From Mytilus californianus (Eukaryota), in assembly GCF_021869535.1 (NCBI RefSeq), contig NW_026262679.1:34038001-34102000 (forward strand): a stretch of 64,000 nucleotides of DNA. The letters are read 5' to 3'. The notes under the pieces are model-generated. The model saw nothing but the letters and a program-made list of their open reading frames with translations. It did no database searches and was not told where the DNA came from. Shown piece by piece: positions 36,801 through 49,975 of the stretch (position 1 is its first letter; every line of letters starts with the position of its first letter). A program made the position numbers and the translations under genes.

Positions 36801-38860
36801 ATCGTAAGAAATATAAATTGTTTCTGTCATATCAATTGGTTGACATATAATTAAAGGACATTTCTTAATTGTTATAAATTATATTTTGTCAGTCATTCTT
36901 TTTCATCACTAAAATAAATGAAACAAATTTTTGATATTAAGTCGAAAATCCCAAAATCAGATATATTTAAAGCATTGAACTTTTTATCTTGGATTTTAAA
37001 AATTATTCTCTTTATTTCTACCAATAAACAAGACATTTCCATGCAATCACTATAGAATTGCTCTTTGATATCAAAATATGATTAAACATCAATTTGGAAC
37101 GTTTAGTGATTCCAAATAGTTCATGGCATTTTGCTATCTGAATTTATTCAGCTTAATCTGGTTACTTAATTAGCAATAATTTTGTTTCGATTTCTGTTAG
37201 AATACATCTAATTACGTAAAATTGACAGTAAAATTTAAATCCCGACTAAACTGATATACCATGAATTTAAAAGTACAATTATTTCAAACATTCACCATAC
37301 TTACAAAATGAAAATATAATTAAAATTAACAACACTTTGGTCAACAACTGCAACATATGCAGCATGAAAATGACAATCTATAGCATTGGCTTGTACTTAA
37401 ATATTTCTTTTTTGTTTGTTTATTCAGTGTAATATGGATTCCTTACATTACAAAAGATATCAAATTCTACTTATTTACCCAATTTCTTACTTGAATATAT
37501 TTTAATGCCTTTGTTGAAGAGAAGTAGGAAGTAACTAACTTTGGTGCACTAAGTTTTGTTATCAGTAATCATATTTTTATCCGATTCCTAATAGAAACAG
37601 TTGCGTTGTCGTTCTTAAAAGTTCTGTTTTGGAATCACGTCATTTTACTTTCAATTAACTTGTTTATTATAAAAACTAAGAGTGATAGCGACAGGAAATG
37701 GATGATTGAAGATGATTCTTATATATGTGGAAACACAACGGATGAAAGTTAATCGTTGTCAGAAAGACACACTTATTTTATCAGAGAATAGGTATTTGAG
37801 TTTCATTAATATCTTCGTGTAAGATATTTTGTATGTTACTACTGCTTAGAAATGGAACGTAGACAATAAGACAGTTGGAAACGATATGTTTGTAATATAT
37901 CAAAGTTTTAAGTCCTCCATCTACAAATGTATGTCAATATCAAGAAACATTTACAAGCTTTTGACGATTGGAAAATTAACGAAATATAAGTATTGAAATT
38001 TCACAAATATTTTCAACCATGTTGTTCAGCAGAGCACTTGTAGTCATTTATGACTTCCAATTTGTTTTAATCTCTTGCTAAAGTAATTAGTTTGATAAAC
38101 ACCCGTGCTGTTTACACATTGATGTATCTAAATTATAGCATGCAGCACGAATATGATTTATAACCGTTTCTTTACAAAATAATGAGTAAACATATAAAAT
38201 CAGTATGTCCATCATTTATCGCTGTCAAGAAATTTTACTTTTTGTTGAAAAACAACACAATACTATTGTCGCTACAAAACAAACACCGGTGTTCTTTCAT
38301 TCAGTCGGTACTTAAATTCAGTTGCTATCAATTATATCTGCTTGGTTATATCTCGTGGTTTTAATTGCGTTTACCGAATGATGAAAATTCTATAGTTTCA
38401 ACCTGAAAGGAAAAGTAGGACAAAATTGATATTAACGATGCGTATTAGTCTTATATTTGAACATTTGCAATGATTTTGTTCTTATTAATCAGTTAAAAGA
38501 TTGCTTCAATCTTCTTTTTTCTTGCTTTCATTCTGAATTTACATTTTGAAAATTTCTGAATGAGATTTTTTTTTTTTTTTTTTTTGGGTTAAAAATAACG
38601 ACATGTCTAATGGATTGATAATGGGGATGGGTATCGAAAATTGTAAAGTAAACGAGTTTGAAGTTTCAGAAGGTTAGTGGCTCTTGTTTTCGAAAATGAA
38701 TCACTATCAATAATTATTGCTCTGTACTTTTTTTGATGAATATTAACAAAAATAATGAACTCTAAGGTAAATTCAAAAAAGGGAAAGTCCATAAAACCTG
38801 ACAAAACCAATTGTTAAACTTTATTAAACATCGGAACGAATGGAATAGAACTGTCATATT
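33820..38860 (+). repeat. Duplicated blocks D-E-F-G (paralogues 44350-45215, 45215-46260, 52950-54080, 56340-57690)
   Basis: Shared TTTTTCTACATGAGCTGTTAC (33897/44433), AACGGCCCTGTGAAGG (36054/45254), CCGATTCCTAATAGAAACAGTTGCGTTGTC (37581/53861), GATGC.TATTAGTCTTATATTTGAACATTTGCAATGA (38438/56977). Confidence 0.88.
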
Positions 38861-41800
38861 ACTGACTTAGAACAGACATCCAGACGCAAATGGTGGATTA
38901 AATCTGGTTGTATAGCTAGTTAAACCTTCCACTTGTATGACAAATGTTTATATCAATGATTCCAAATTCAATTTATAGAATGCAGTATAGTCTAAAAACG
39001 TGAAGAAGTATATTGAAATAGGACTGTTTGCCACCCTTATAAAAAGGGAAATGATTATGTGTATTTTCTGACTGTTTTCAGTACACATTCTAACTTGCGG
39101 ATATGTATTGGTCCAACTAGAAGTTCATAAGCAGTTTGAATAAAAAAAAATCAACATTAGATCCAATCATGTCAAAATTTTATGTTAAAATGCATAATTT
39201 TGTCGAAGGAAAATAAACTTTTTAAACGTTTGAAGAGCTATCTTAAAAACCATCACAAAACCCTGAGTCAGCTTAAAACAAAATACTTTTCAAAATTCTA
39301 TGATGGTGAACTTGCATTTATTGTTTATACATATTGTAAATACACTTTATATTCGTAGTAAGGTTAGCGTGTCCTGATTTATATTCTGATTAAACCGAAG
39401 TTAATTTATGAGGAAGATTTCTACTAGCGCATCTGTAATAACTATACGATCTACGAGGAGTGTCGCAAATATAAAAGAATAATTTGTCTGGACTTTTAAA
39501 AAACGTTCACATTGTTTTCAGAAGATAACCTCCACAAACAGAAACAGCCCTATCTCAAATAACAGATAGCTTGCACGATATTGTAATTACACACACAAAA
39601 CCCTTTTCATTTCATGTATACTAGGTTTACTAAACTATAATTCCCTACGCAGTTGTTTTAGGCAAGCTTGTGATTCGAGGTTGAACGTTTGGGCTCAATG
39701 ACGTGTTTTCAGATATATCTGATATAAGGAAGATAAGATAGGGATTATGAAAGAGAGGCAAAAGTTACCATAGTTGAAGCATCATTGACAGCGGACAATA
39801 ATGAACAAGCCTTAGTACTGGCATGATTATTAATATGTTTATTATTCCTCACTCCTAATGTTATTCTTATGTATTTGAATATCCTATTGTTATTAAATCA
39901 ATGCACTATTTTTCCGTTCTATTGAAATGACCACTTCCGAAAATTATATTTGTATTGCCTATAATTAGTTATATCTATTTTATTTGAACTTTGGTGGATA
40001 TTTGTCTCATTGGCAAAAATACCACATCTCCTTATTCTTATATCATAGAAAAGCTTAATGTGGGCCTAATTCGTTAATGTTTATTTTGATATGTTTATAT
40101 AAAATACACATGAATTACTGTTGTTTGTCTGTCTTTTTCTTTTTTAGCCGTGGCGTTGTCAGTTTATTTTCGACTTGAATGTCCCTTTGCTATCTTTCGC
40201 CTCTCTTATACTGCTTTTTACTGCTCTGAAATTCCCTTTCTGTTGGCAATGTATCCAAAACGGTAACCCATGCACCAACATGCTCATTGTACTCCTATAG
40301 AACCTCCACAATTGCACATATACCTATCACAAATGATAGATACTTTGCACGATACTGTAATAACATATACGAAACCTTTTTTACATTTATGTGTGCTACG
40401 TTTACTAAACCAAAATTCATTCCGCATTTGTTTTCGGCAATCTTGTGTTCTGAGGTTACTAATTTGGACTTAAGGACGTGTTTCTGCTATATCATTTTAG
40501 GAAGGTAAGATATGGATAAAAAAGAGAGGCGAAAGATACCAAAGATGAAGCATCAGTGACAGAAAATGAACAAAACTTAGTACTGGCATACTTATTATGT
40601 TCATCCTTCCTTACTCCTAATATTATTCTCATGTATTTGAATGTTATGTCGTAAATAATTATATTTTATTCCTATTCATCATGAAAAAGTTTAATGTGGT
40701 CTTTACACTTTAATGTATATTCTTAAAACATTTGAAAGGTTTCAATATTTAGTCTGCTACACAATACAATGTAAATGCGATTTTATATGTGTATAAACAA
40801 TACACCTGGATTGCTGCTCCGAAATTCCCTTTTTGCTGGCAATGTACAGTTAAAGGTCATCCATGCACACTAAATCGACCTTATATGAAATAAACCCATT
40901 CGAAGACTTTGAGTTCATTTTACATGTTTTGATAGTTTTTGCCAATCTTTACTGTGTGTCTCGATTCTTAATACACACACATACATAGCTAACAAAAATA
41001 TCATTTGCGGAAAACATAAAGTATCTTGAAATATCACATTTGATAACATGCATCTTCAGTATTTGTTTCTTCCACAGGTGCAATTCCGTCTTGATTTTGA
41101 ATATTTAAGAGTATAAATATATTTTTTTCCCACCAACTGCACTTATATCTATAAAATAAAAATGTAATTCAACGCTGTATATCACAGTTAAAGATACAAA
41201 TGTATTTCATTATGTACCTGTTTTCTATATCTACTACGTGTTTTAAATTTTGCATCGAATGACATCCGTAACTAAGAAAAACTATATTGTGCATGAAAGG
41301 CCAAAAAAATCAAAAAATCAGGGCCTACCTCTTTTTGTTAGCGTAAATCAGTTAGATTTAGGGTTAGTACCCCTAAAACAAACTTGACTTTACATATTTT
41401 TACTATTCTGTTAGATTCTTTTAAATGTAAGTTTTGTGACCCTCAAATACAAATTTTTGTTCTGCTGATTTCTTGAAGTAAATTCGATAAACACGTCGTT
41501 CATGAATACTACGATATTTGTAATAATTGAGAATTTATTCAATTATAAGATAAAACAGTAGCCCTTCAGTCGGTTATTTTATTGTTCGGGTTATTTGCTG
41601 GGTTTTGTGTCTTTTTTGTACCGTTTAGTCTATTTTCGTTTACCCCATATCTGCCTTAACTCATACCTCTAACATCCTAATTTCGATTTCTCAGTATTTA
41701 CCTTCGAGCGCTAATGAGTTCTTTCTTTTTGAAATCTGTAAATGATGGATTTAGTTCGTGTTGGTATCTTCTATTTTTATATTAGAAATGTTATTTGTGG

Positions 41801-42245
41801 TAACCGTTGCTTATTGTATCGCTTCCTCAATGTTTAACTGAAGAGTTTTTCCTTATTATTGTGTTTCAATTATTAAAAGAGTTATCTTGTATGTCCCAAA
41901 AGTAAATATCAATTTCAGAATCTGTTTTATACAACGGGAGTTATATAACTCGAGCCCAACAGTCGTTACCGTTTCATTAATTATAGTACCGTTGATTTCA
42001 TAGAAATATAAATAATTCATGTTTGAACAGACTGAGATCTAAGATATTTTAATTATCAGTGCATAATCTTCCGTAAGTATGACAGCACTTGCATACAAAA
42101 TACATCTTTCTGAACATCATTACACGCCAAAAACAACTTTTTATTATAATCTTTCGTAACAACCACAACATAGCAAGGTATTCTTTTAATGTTTATTATA
42201 AAAATGATTTTTGTACTATCTATACATTTCTTTGCAGTATGAGAA

Positions 42246-42510
42246 ATGATAAACAACAGTACACAAAACACAACATAGAAAAATAAAGACCGAGCAACAC
42301 GAACCCCACCAAAAACTTGGGTTGATCTCAGGTGCTTCGGAAGGATTAGCTGATCCTGCTCCACATGTTGCATCCGTCGAGTTGCTCATGAAAGTACAAA
42401 CCCGGTGATTCGTCTTATTTGCTAGATCACATTCGGGGAAAATGGAACGGGATTGTAGTTTCCACTAATGAGTTTGAATGTCCCTTTGGTACCTTTCGCC
42501 TCTCTTTTAC
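42246..42510. repeat. Family W insertion with an internal strand switch
   Basis: 42246-42465 is in minus orientation; the last ~45 bp (GAGTTTGAATGTCCCTTTGGTACCTTTCGCCTCTCTTTT) are the same family's terminus in plus orientation. Confidence 0.7.
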
Positions 42511-44832
42511 CACGGCTTACAATATTAAAATTAATATAAAAACTGAAGATTAGGAATAAGTTTGGTGGATTTAATTTCCAGTTGATGTAAATTAAGGTCT
42601 CAAGTTTTTATGCTTCTACTTTTTAAAGAAATTTAATGTAAATCAACATTGCTGTCTTTTTTATTTTCCCTTGTATAGCAAGGATCATTGTAGGAATTTA
42701 ATCATTGCAACTCTTCTGGTATAAGTATAATCATTCATACAAGATTTTTCCAAGTGACGCTAGACATTTTCTCCGCATTATAAATGTGTTAACATTCAAA
42801 ACATAAGTATAATATCCTTATTTTATTCCATTTGACATCGTTCATAGCATAAATGATTAAATCTAACAGAGAACGAAAAAGATATTAAAATCAATCAAAA
42901 CTGACGAGCGTTCGGACTTGGGACTGACACATTTGAATGTAAAAGGCTTACATTTATTGAGATTTATTTTCAGTACTCAATTCTCCCTCATTACATTTTT
43001 GGTCGGTTTAATAAAAGATGCAGGGACAACAAAAAATAAGAAATTTAAGCTAATCAATTAGCACTCTAACACAATCTACTGTAGACTTCATTTTGTAAAG
43101 ATATTCACTTTGGATAAAACACGATTTTTAGGAAAGCTAAAAATGAATTTGTGTACAGAATTTCTTGACGTGCAGAAAAGAAAATATATGAAACGCGAAC
43201 AGTAACTGTAAATTAATATGAATCCTCAGAATATGATTTTTCTAATTCGAGATACACAATTCTATGAATTAAAGAAAATTCGAATTACTGTGTTACCTTA
43301 TCCCGTTTGAAGGAGTAACGATATAAAACTTAACGGAAATAATTATTTCCTTACGTCAAATGCCAATGTTATTTAGTCGTGGGAGTTAAAGATGGGTGAT
43401 ATTAATTGTGTTTATGTCATAAAGTTGAATTGGAGAATTAAATTACACTTCGCACAATGACAATTATTTCTTTCAATGTAATGATTATGCTATTACTTGC
43501 AAATCTATCCTTAGACTACACAACTTACATGTCTGTAATGTCTTAGGAACACTGACTTACTTGACTAAATTACTATTTATTATCTTCCTGAGAAATTTAA
43601 TATTCTGATATGAGGTGGATTGCTTTAATAGAATTATACTGTTATTTACAAATACTTTGCAGTATCAAAAGTTTAAAACTTGATTTGTTTCAAGTTGATA
43701 TTTCACGTGACTTATTTGCTGTCCAAATGGACGTAAAATAATTATGGTGTTTGCTTCTGCTGTATTTGTATACTATTTACGTTCACTTGGTTATCTAAGA
43801 TTCAACAATTTAAATTCAGCATTCGTGTAAGGTCTTCAATCATGCCAGCCAATCATCAAGAAATGAAATATGTATGAGTCTCAAACTAGTCATTATTGAC
43901 ACTGTTCTGAAATATTTATCTCTTTTGTTTTTATTTCAGATGAGAAGTTTGTTGTCAATTCAAATTGTCACAAAACAAGCATTCTGAATAGGTTATGTAT
44001 TCTCTATTCTTCCTTTGCAATAGTTCTTGCTAAAATTAAATATCTACAACAAACTGACCAAATTCTTACCTGAAACAAACTTTGTCTCCCGTCAAACTTT
44101 TTTCACATGATTTCTTTTGGCGCTACATCTTTTTTCAAAAAAGGTTGTAAGTGATATCTAGATATTAATGGGCCATCCTAAAATATGGAAATGTTTGACA
44201 TTGTCTTCTTTTGTTTTATATTCTTAGCACCACATTCCAGTTGATGTGACATGAGCTAATTAATTACAGTGGCATCCTGACTATTTTTCTAACATTTAGG
44301 AAATCATAAACCAGATATGTACAACAAATTTAAAATGGTTTATAACTCTGTCAGGCTCACATATGTTTTACAATCTGATTAATTGTTTCCAACTATGGTA
44401 GATTAACTTTGGAACAGCGTTATGATATATTTATTTTTCTACATGAGCTGTTACATTGCTGGTTCGAGCATCTGTGTTTTCTGTAATATTGAAACTGCAT
44501 GACGCTTAGACCAGCTGATGTGCAACAGATACTTTTAGAATGCATGTACAATATAAGAGCAAGGAGATGTGGTATGATTACAAGTAAAACAACAACGTTG
44601 TCAAGAAAATACTCGTCTAAAATGAGTCACTGTTATAAAAGGAGGTTGAAGGTAGGTAAATAGATGATTCCTTACTCATGCAATTTGAGCTGCGTCTAGA
44701 TAAAAAATAATAATAATATATAAAAAGAAATATAGTGGATTCAATATGTGTAATAACGAAGAGTAGATATATAGGATACAGGTGAAATATCCCTTCAAAT
44801 GTGGCTATCTCTTCAAAATTTGACTTCCGATT

Positions 44833-45058
44833 AAAAAGTAAAATAACAAAAATACCGAACTCCGAGGAAAATTCTAAACGGACAATCCCTAGTAAGAAAA
44901 TAGCAAAATCAAAAGCTCAACCACATCAAACGAATGGATAACAACTGTCATATTCCTGACTTGGTACAGGCATTTTCTTATGTAGAAAATGGTGGATTAA
45001 ACCTGGTTTTATAGATAGCTAAACCTCTCACTTGTATGATAGTCGCATAAAATTACAT
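44833..45058 (+). repeat. Family X copy
   Basis: High similarity to 7354-7570; absent from the paralogous block at 34250-34370. Confidence 0.9.
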
Positions 45059-47456
45059 TGTGTGTGAACATTATATATATGATGATATATTTTCTGTTCC
45101 TTTTGTACTAAAAGTCCTCGTGGATTCATGGGTTTATACATCCTTGGCATTCAAATTCTTTGTTTTGAATGTTCCTGACGATGGCAAATCCAAAATGTTT
45201 TTCGCACGCACAGAATTTTCATTTGCTCTAAAGGAGTAAAGCCAGTAACGTCAAACGGCCCTGTGAAGGTGTATTTTATTAACTTCATTTGTTTGATTAA
45301 ATCTTACGTGTACTTTTGCTAACTGTAAAAAAAAAAAAAACCCAAAGGATATGGGGTATCCATTCATGACACTAAATAAGTACATGCACAGCAAACAACA
45401 CACACAAAAAGCAAAGGAAAAGCGCTTTGATTGCTGTTCTTCATCTCAAAGTCATAACACGAAGCAAAAAAAAAAAAAACCCTCAAAAGCTCTAACCTCA
45501 CTGCACGTTTAAGACGGCCCCTAGCACCGGGTTGATCGGAATTCTCTGCAAAATGATTGGGATAGACTTTGTAAGATGTATTCTTTTTCAAATATTTAAC
45601 AAGAAAAATTCTATATCTCCTTCATTTATTATAAATGTATAAGCCTGAAATAGGAATAAATTTCGTTTTAGTTCTTTTTTTCTAGAAATTTGTTACCATT
45701 TTTGTCTTAATTTTACTATTTCATATGTTGTGCCTACCTTTGACCATTACAAAATTTGGTTGAAATGAATGGATGTGGTATAGAAAGAATATTTCAGAAA
45801 ATATATTTGTGAAAAAAACTCATCATAGATATGTCAGCTAAGGGTAGCGATACTGTTTTTTATTTATTGAAAACAAAAATTTTCCAAAATTATTCTTAAA
45901 ATCAGGTTTTTAAGAAATTCATGTACATTTATGACATCAGAAATACATCACTAATGACACAATCGGTGGAAATATCCTCTTTAACTTAAACATGTTAAAC
46001 ATGTGGACATTCTAACGTATGTTTTTATCAAATTTTCATAATACTATCGCAGTAAAAAAAAATCATATTTTAGGGCCAAATGATGAGTTAATGAATAAAA
46101 ATTCTGAAACATCAATGAGCTTTTTTTCACCTTTAACCCTGTTTGCCGAATGTTTGATTATTCAATCCTCTAGACACGTAAACATAATATATTCGAATTC
46201 ATTTTCGATAATCAAACACAGCACTAAAAATTGTCCATTGAACCACAATATATATAACTTAAAAAACTTTACATCTCCGTCTAATGACTATCACAATCAC
46301 ATTTTTCATTACAACTGTTTGATCGATACATGTACAAAGGATTTTCAATGTTTATCATTAAGTGCAGCTACAATACTGAAATGTCAGAGAGCATATTTGG
46401 TTTTAAAAAGGAGCATGGAAAGGTAAAATGTACTTCGCAGGCAGATTAATGCACTTTAAAAAACATAGACACTGATTGTTGATGATTGCATCGAAATCGA
46501 AATCTGACGTCATAATCTAAACTATGCGGAATGTGATTGGTTAGAACGTTTTGTCGACGTCAAGTTTGAGTTTGTCACAAACAGCTAATCGGGCACCTTG
46601 TCATGATAGACAAACCAACAAAATCACGTCGAAAGAAGGATGTTGCTCATATTTTGAAGTAAGTTTGTTTAAAATTATTATAGCCTATTATTACCGATGT
46701 TTGTCGATTTTCATTTCATTGAAGATTGCATTCCGATTAATCATATCTTCATTGACTATTGGATAAGTTTGAATGTGAGACATTTTGAAGAATAGATATG
46801 GGTTCAAGAGTTTTAAAAAGGGAGTACATCAACAAGGCAATGTAAGGGATGAAACTTGTAATAAGTCCGAGCACCCTGCCAGCATTCCTTCCTATTCGCC
46901 TTTGATGCATGTCATGATTCGAATTTTATGCTGGAGGAAAACCCTAGACATAGCTATTCAGTAAATTGTGAGCATGAACGTTCATATTTCACATGAAAAA
47001 GTACTTCTTTAGATGTTTATTTCATTAGATAACATATTAGAAAGCAAAGAAAGGAAATATTTCAAAATATATGCATGCATGGCACTGTGCATGCAATCAT
47101 ACTACTGGCTTGCCTGAATATAAATAAATTGCATAGTCAGGCACATAAGATGTTAAAATAAAAATAACTATTATTTATTAAGGCCATTATTAAAAAAAAT
47201 AATCTTAATTATGGTTTTACATTTAATAGTCATCATACTATCATTTTAATTCATCCCTGTATCGTACATTGTACAGTTTAATTGATTTCATTTAGTCTAT
47301 TTTAGTATAAATGTTATTCTATAGATTAATGTTTATTAGTAATAAATATTGATTAACTATCAAAATTTGTATCTAAAGTCTCTCAGTTTTAATTATATTT
47401 CTTTGCATAAATCTTTTTCACATTTTGACAAGTCTCACTTAAGAATATACATGTAA

Positions 47457-47930
47457 AAATAAGGAGATGTGGTATGATTGCCAATCAGACAACTATCCAC
47501 CAAAGTTCAATTGAAGTGGATGTAAGCAATAATGAGCAACCGTTCGGCCTGCAACAATGAGAAAAACCCATATCGTATTGTCATGCTATAAAAGGCCCCG
47601 ACATGAAAAATACGAAACAATTCAATTGAGAAAACTAATGGCCTAATTTATAACAAAACAATTTACGAAAAACAAATATGACAGGCATGAACTAATGACA
47701 GCCACTGAACTACAGGCTCCTGACTATAAAAATCAGTTGAAAAAGGCTTAACTCTTCAGATCGATACAAAGAAAAACATCAAACAAAAACACAGACAGGA
47801 CGTGGCAGGGTATATATACATCCCTCATCCCTAACAACAAAAAAGACACTAAGTTCAGATCTGAGAGTACTTGCAGTTACTGACAGCTAGTTCAAAGCCA
47901 ATAACAAGTAATAAAAAATCATGTATCTAA
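47457..47930 (+). repeat. Family Y copy (internal deletion)
   Basis: Same diagnostic blocks. Confidence 0.9.
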
Positions 47931-49101
47931 AATAAAATGAATCTTATGTTTGTTTATAATTTACAATGGGGTGTGTGAATTTAGTTTGAAACCTTTAAGT
48001 AATAAATGTAACTTCGTTCACCACACATTAAAATGGCATTTCTAATGCCTAAAGACATGTAGTTTCCATAAAATCAAACGAGCGGTCTACACAATATAAG
48101 CATGAATATTATAATGTACGTCAGCAGAGGGTCTGGCTGGGTTTCTTATCTTTTTTCTTTAAACATTTAGACCATTTGTCTCTATTCTTTATGTTTTTAC
48201 ACCCATTTGTTCTCGATTCTTTTTCCCCCTATTTTTCTCTATTCTTTAATTTTTTCACTCCTTATTCTGCTCGTTTTGCCCATTATTATCAATTCTGTAA
48301 ACCCCATCCAGACTGACCCTCATGTATTAGTGTACATAACCTTTTTTGCTTCATTGATTTGGATTCAGCCAAAACTGATAAAGACATAGTTATTTACAAA
48401 GTGGTTAAGCATTGTGATTGATAAATATCAGTCAAAGTATCCCGTAGTAACTTGAATTTTGTTTTGACATAAGATCAAAACACAAAGAAATTGTCAGAAC
48501 ATTTATAACCATATCCTGAGATAATTTAAGATCTAGGTATGCATGAAAAAGAAGTTTTAAAGATAAGTGTGAGGACATCTACAACATAAATATCACAGTG
48601 CTTAATAGGAAATAATCCATGGCATATAAAATGTGAATTAAAAAAAAAACCCTGGGAATGACGCATTTTTCAGTATGACAACAAATGAATATAAAAAAGG
48701 AAGAATTATATGTTCAAACTGACTCTTGAACATTTATGACATTGAATTGAAAGTATTAACTCAGAGTAAAGGACTGTGCACTTCTTTTTTGTGAGATCAA
48801 CACAAACAAAAAAATGAATTTATCACAATAGAGATAATTTTGGATATATAAATACAAACTGAAATGTGTATAATTGTGATATGATATGTTGGCAGGCTGG
48901 TAACTCTAAGTGTTTCCTGGTATATTTTATAATTAACAAAATTTTACATGTATATAAGATATTCTTGGCATGTTACATGTGAATTAAGAAAACAATGTTT
49001 CCAGTACAACAATAACATATGAAAATCAAAAGGATGATATCAAGAGTGTATCCTAAATTGAGGTAAATTGTATGGCTTTCCAAATACCGTTTAGATTCCT
49101 A

Positions 49102-49145
49102 ACATCACAGAAGAGACATTAATTGTCGAAATCCGGATATGGTGT
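49102..49145 (+). ncRNA. Minimal type I hammerhead ribozyme motif, U4 substituted
   Basis: ACAUCA-CAGAAGA-GACA(UUAAU)UGUC-GAAA-UCCGGA-UA-UGGUGU. All three stems pair; core reads CAGAAGA instead of CUGANGA. Confidence 0.8.
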
Positions 49146-49496
49146 ACAAAAACCTTTGCACCTTTTGTTTGCGGTATACCATCTTTTCCGCAAGTTTATT
49201 GTTTTCTGTTTAGTATTAAATTTATAATTAAGATCCATTTATTACATCGGTGATCCGTTTATTTGGCAATCGCCAATGGCAGTCAGCAGGGTTTAAGAAA
49301 ATTTGTTGTTCGACCTGTTAGTCAAATGCGTTTTGTTAAAATATACTTTTTCACTATTTTGGTCTTTTGGAAAATGTTGTTTGTGCTGTATTTAGACCCC
49401 TCTAACAAAAAATTTGTTTTGCATGCACACGTATAAAAATTGCGGTTTTTATCCAACGCAATCATAGGTTTGAACGTTGTTTTCAATTTAAACTTG

Positions 49497-49518
49497 TTTA
49501 TATATATATATATATATA
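49497..49518. repeat. (TA)n microsatellite next to a family-Y repeat head
   Basis: Direct reading. Confidence 0.9.
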
Positions 49519-49526
49519 TGTATTTA

Positions 49527-49975
49527 TAAATAAGGAGATGTAGTATGATTGCTAATGAGACAACTATCCACCAAAGTTCAAATGAAGTGGATGTAAGCAA
49601 TTATAGGCAACCATACAGCCCTCAACAATGAGAAAAACCCATAACGTATGCTCGGCTATAAAAGGCCCCGACATGAAAAATATGAAACAATTCAATTGAG
49701 AAGATTACCGGCCTAATTTATAACAAAACAATTTACGAAAAACAAATACGACAAGCATGAACCAACGACAACCTCTGAACTACAGGCTCCTGACTTGGGA
49801 CAGGCACATAAAGAATGTGGCGGGGTTAAACATGTTTGTGAGCGCTCAACCCTCCCTCTAACCTGGGACTGTGGTGTAACAGTACAACATAAGAACAAAC
49901 TATAAAAATCAGTTGACTCATCATCAGATGGATACAAATAGAAATACGTCTAACAAAAAATAAAGAGTGGACGTG
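49527..49975 (+). repeat. Family Y copy
   Basis: Same diagnostic blocks. Confidence 0.9.

Noticed and set aside
46019-46426. Longest ORF in the track (135 aa)
   Set aside because: No recognisable domain, AT-biased composition, and the paralogue at 36480-36720 does not preserve it.
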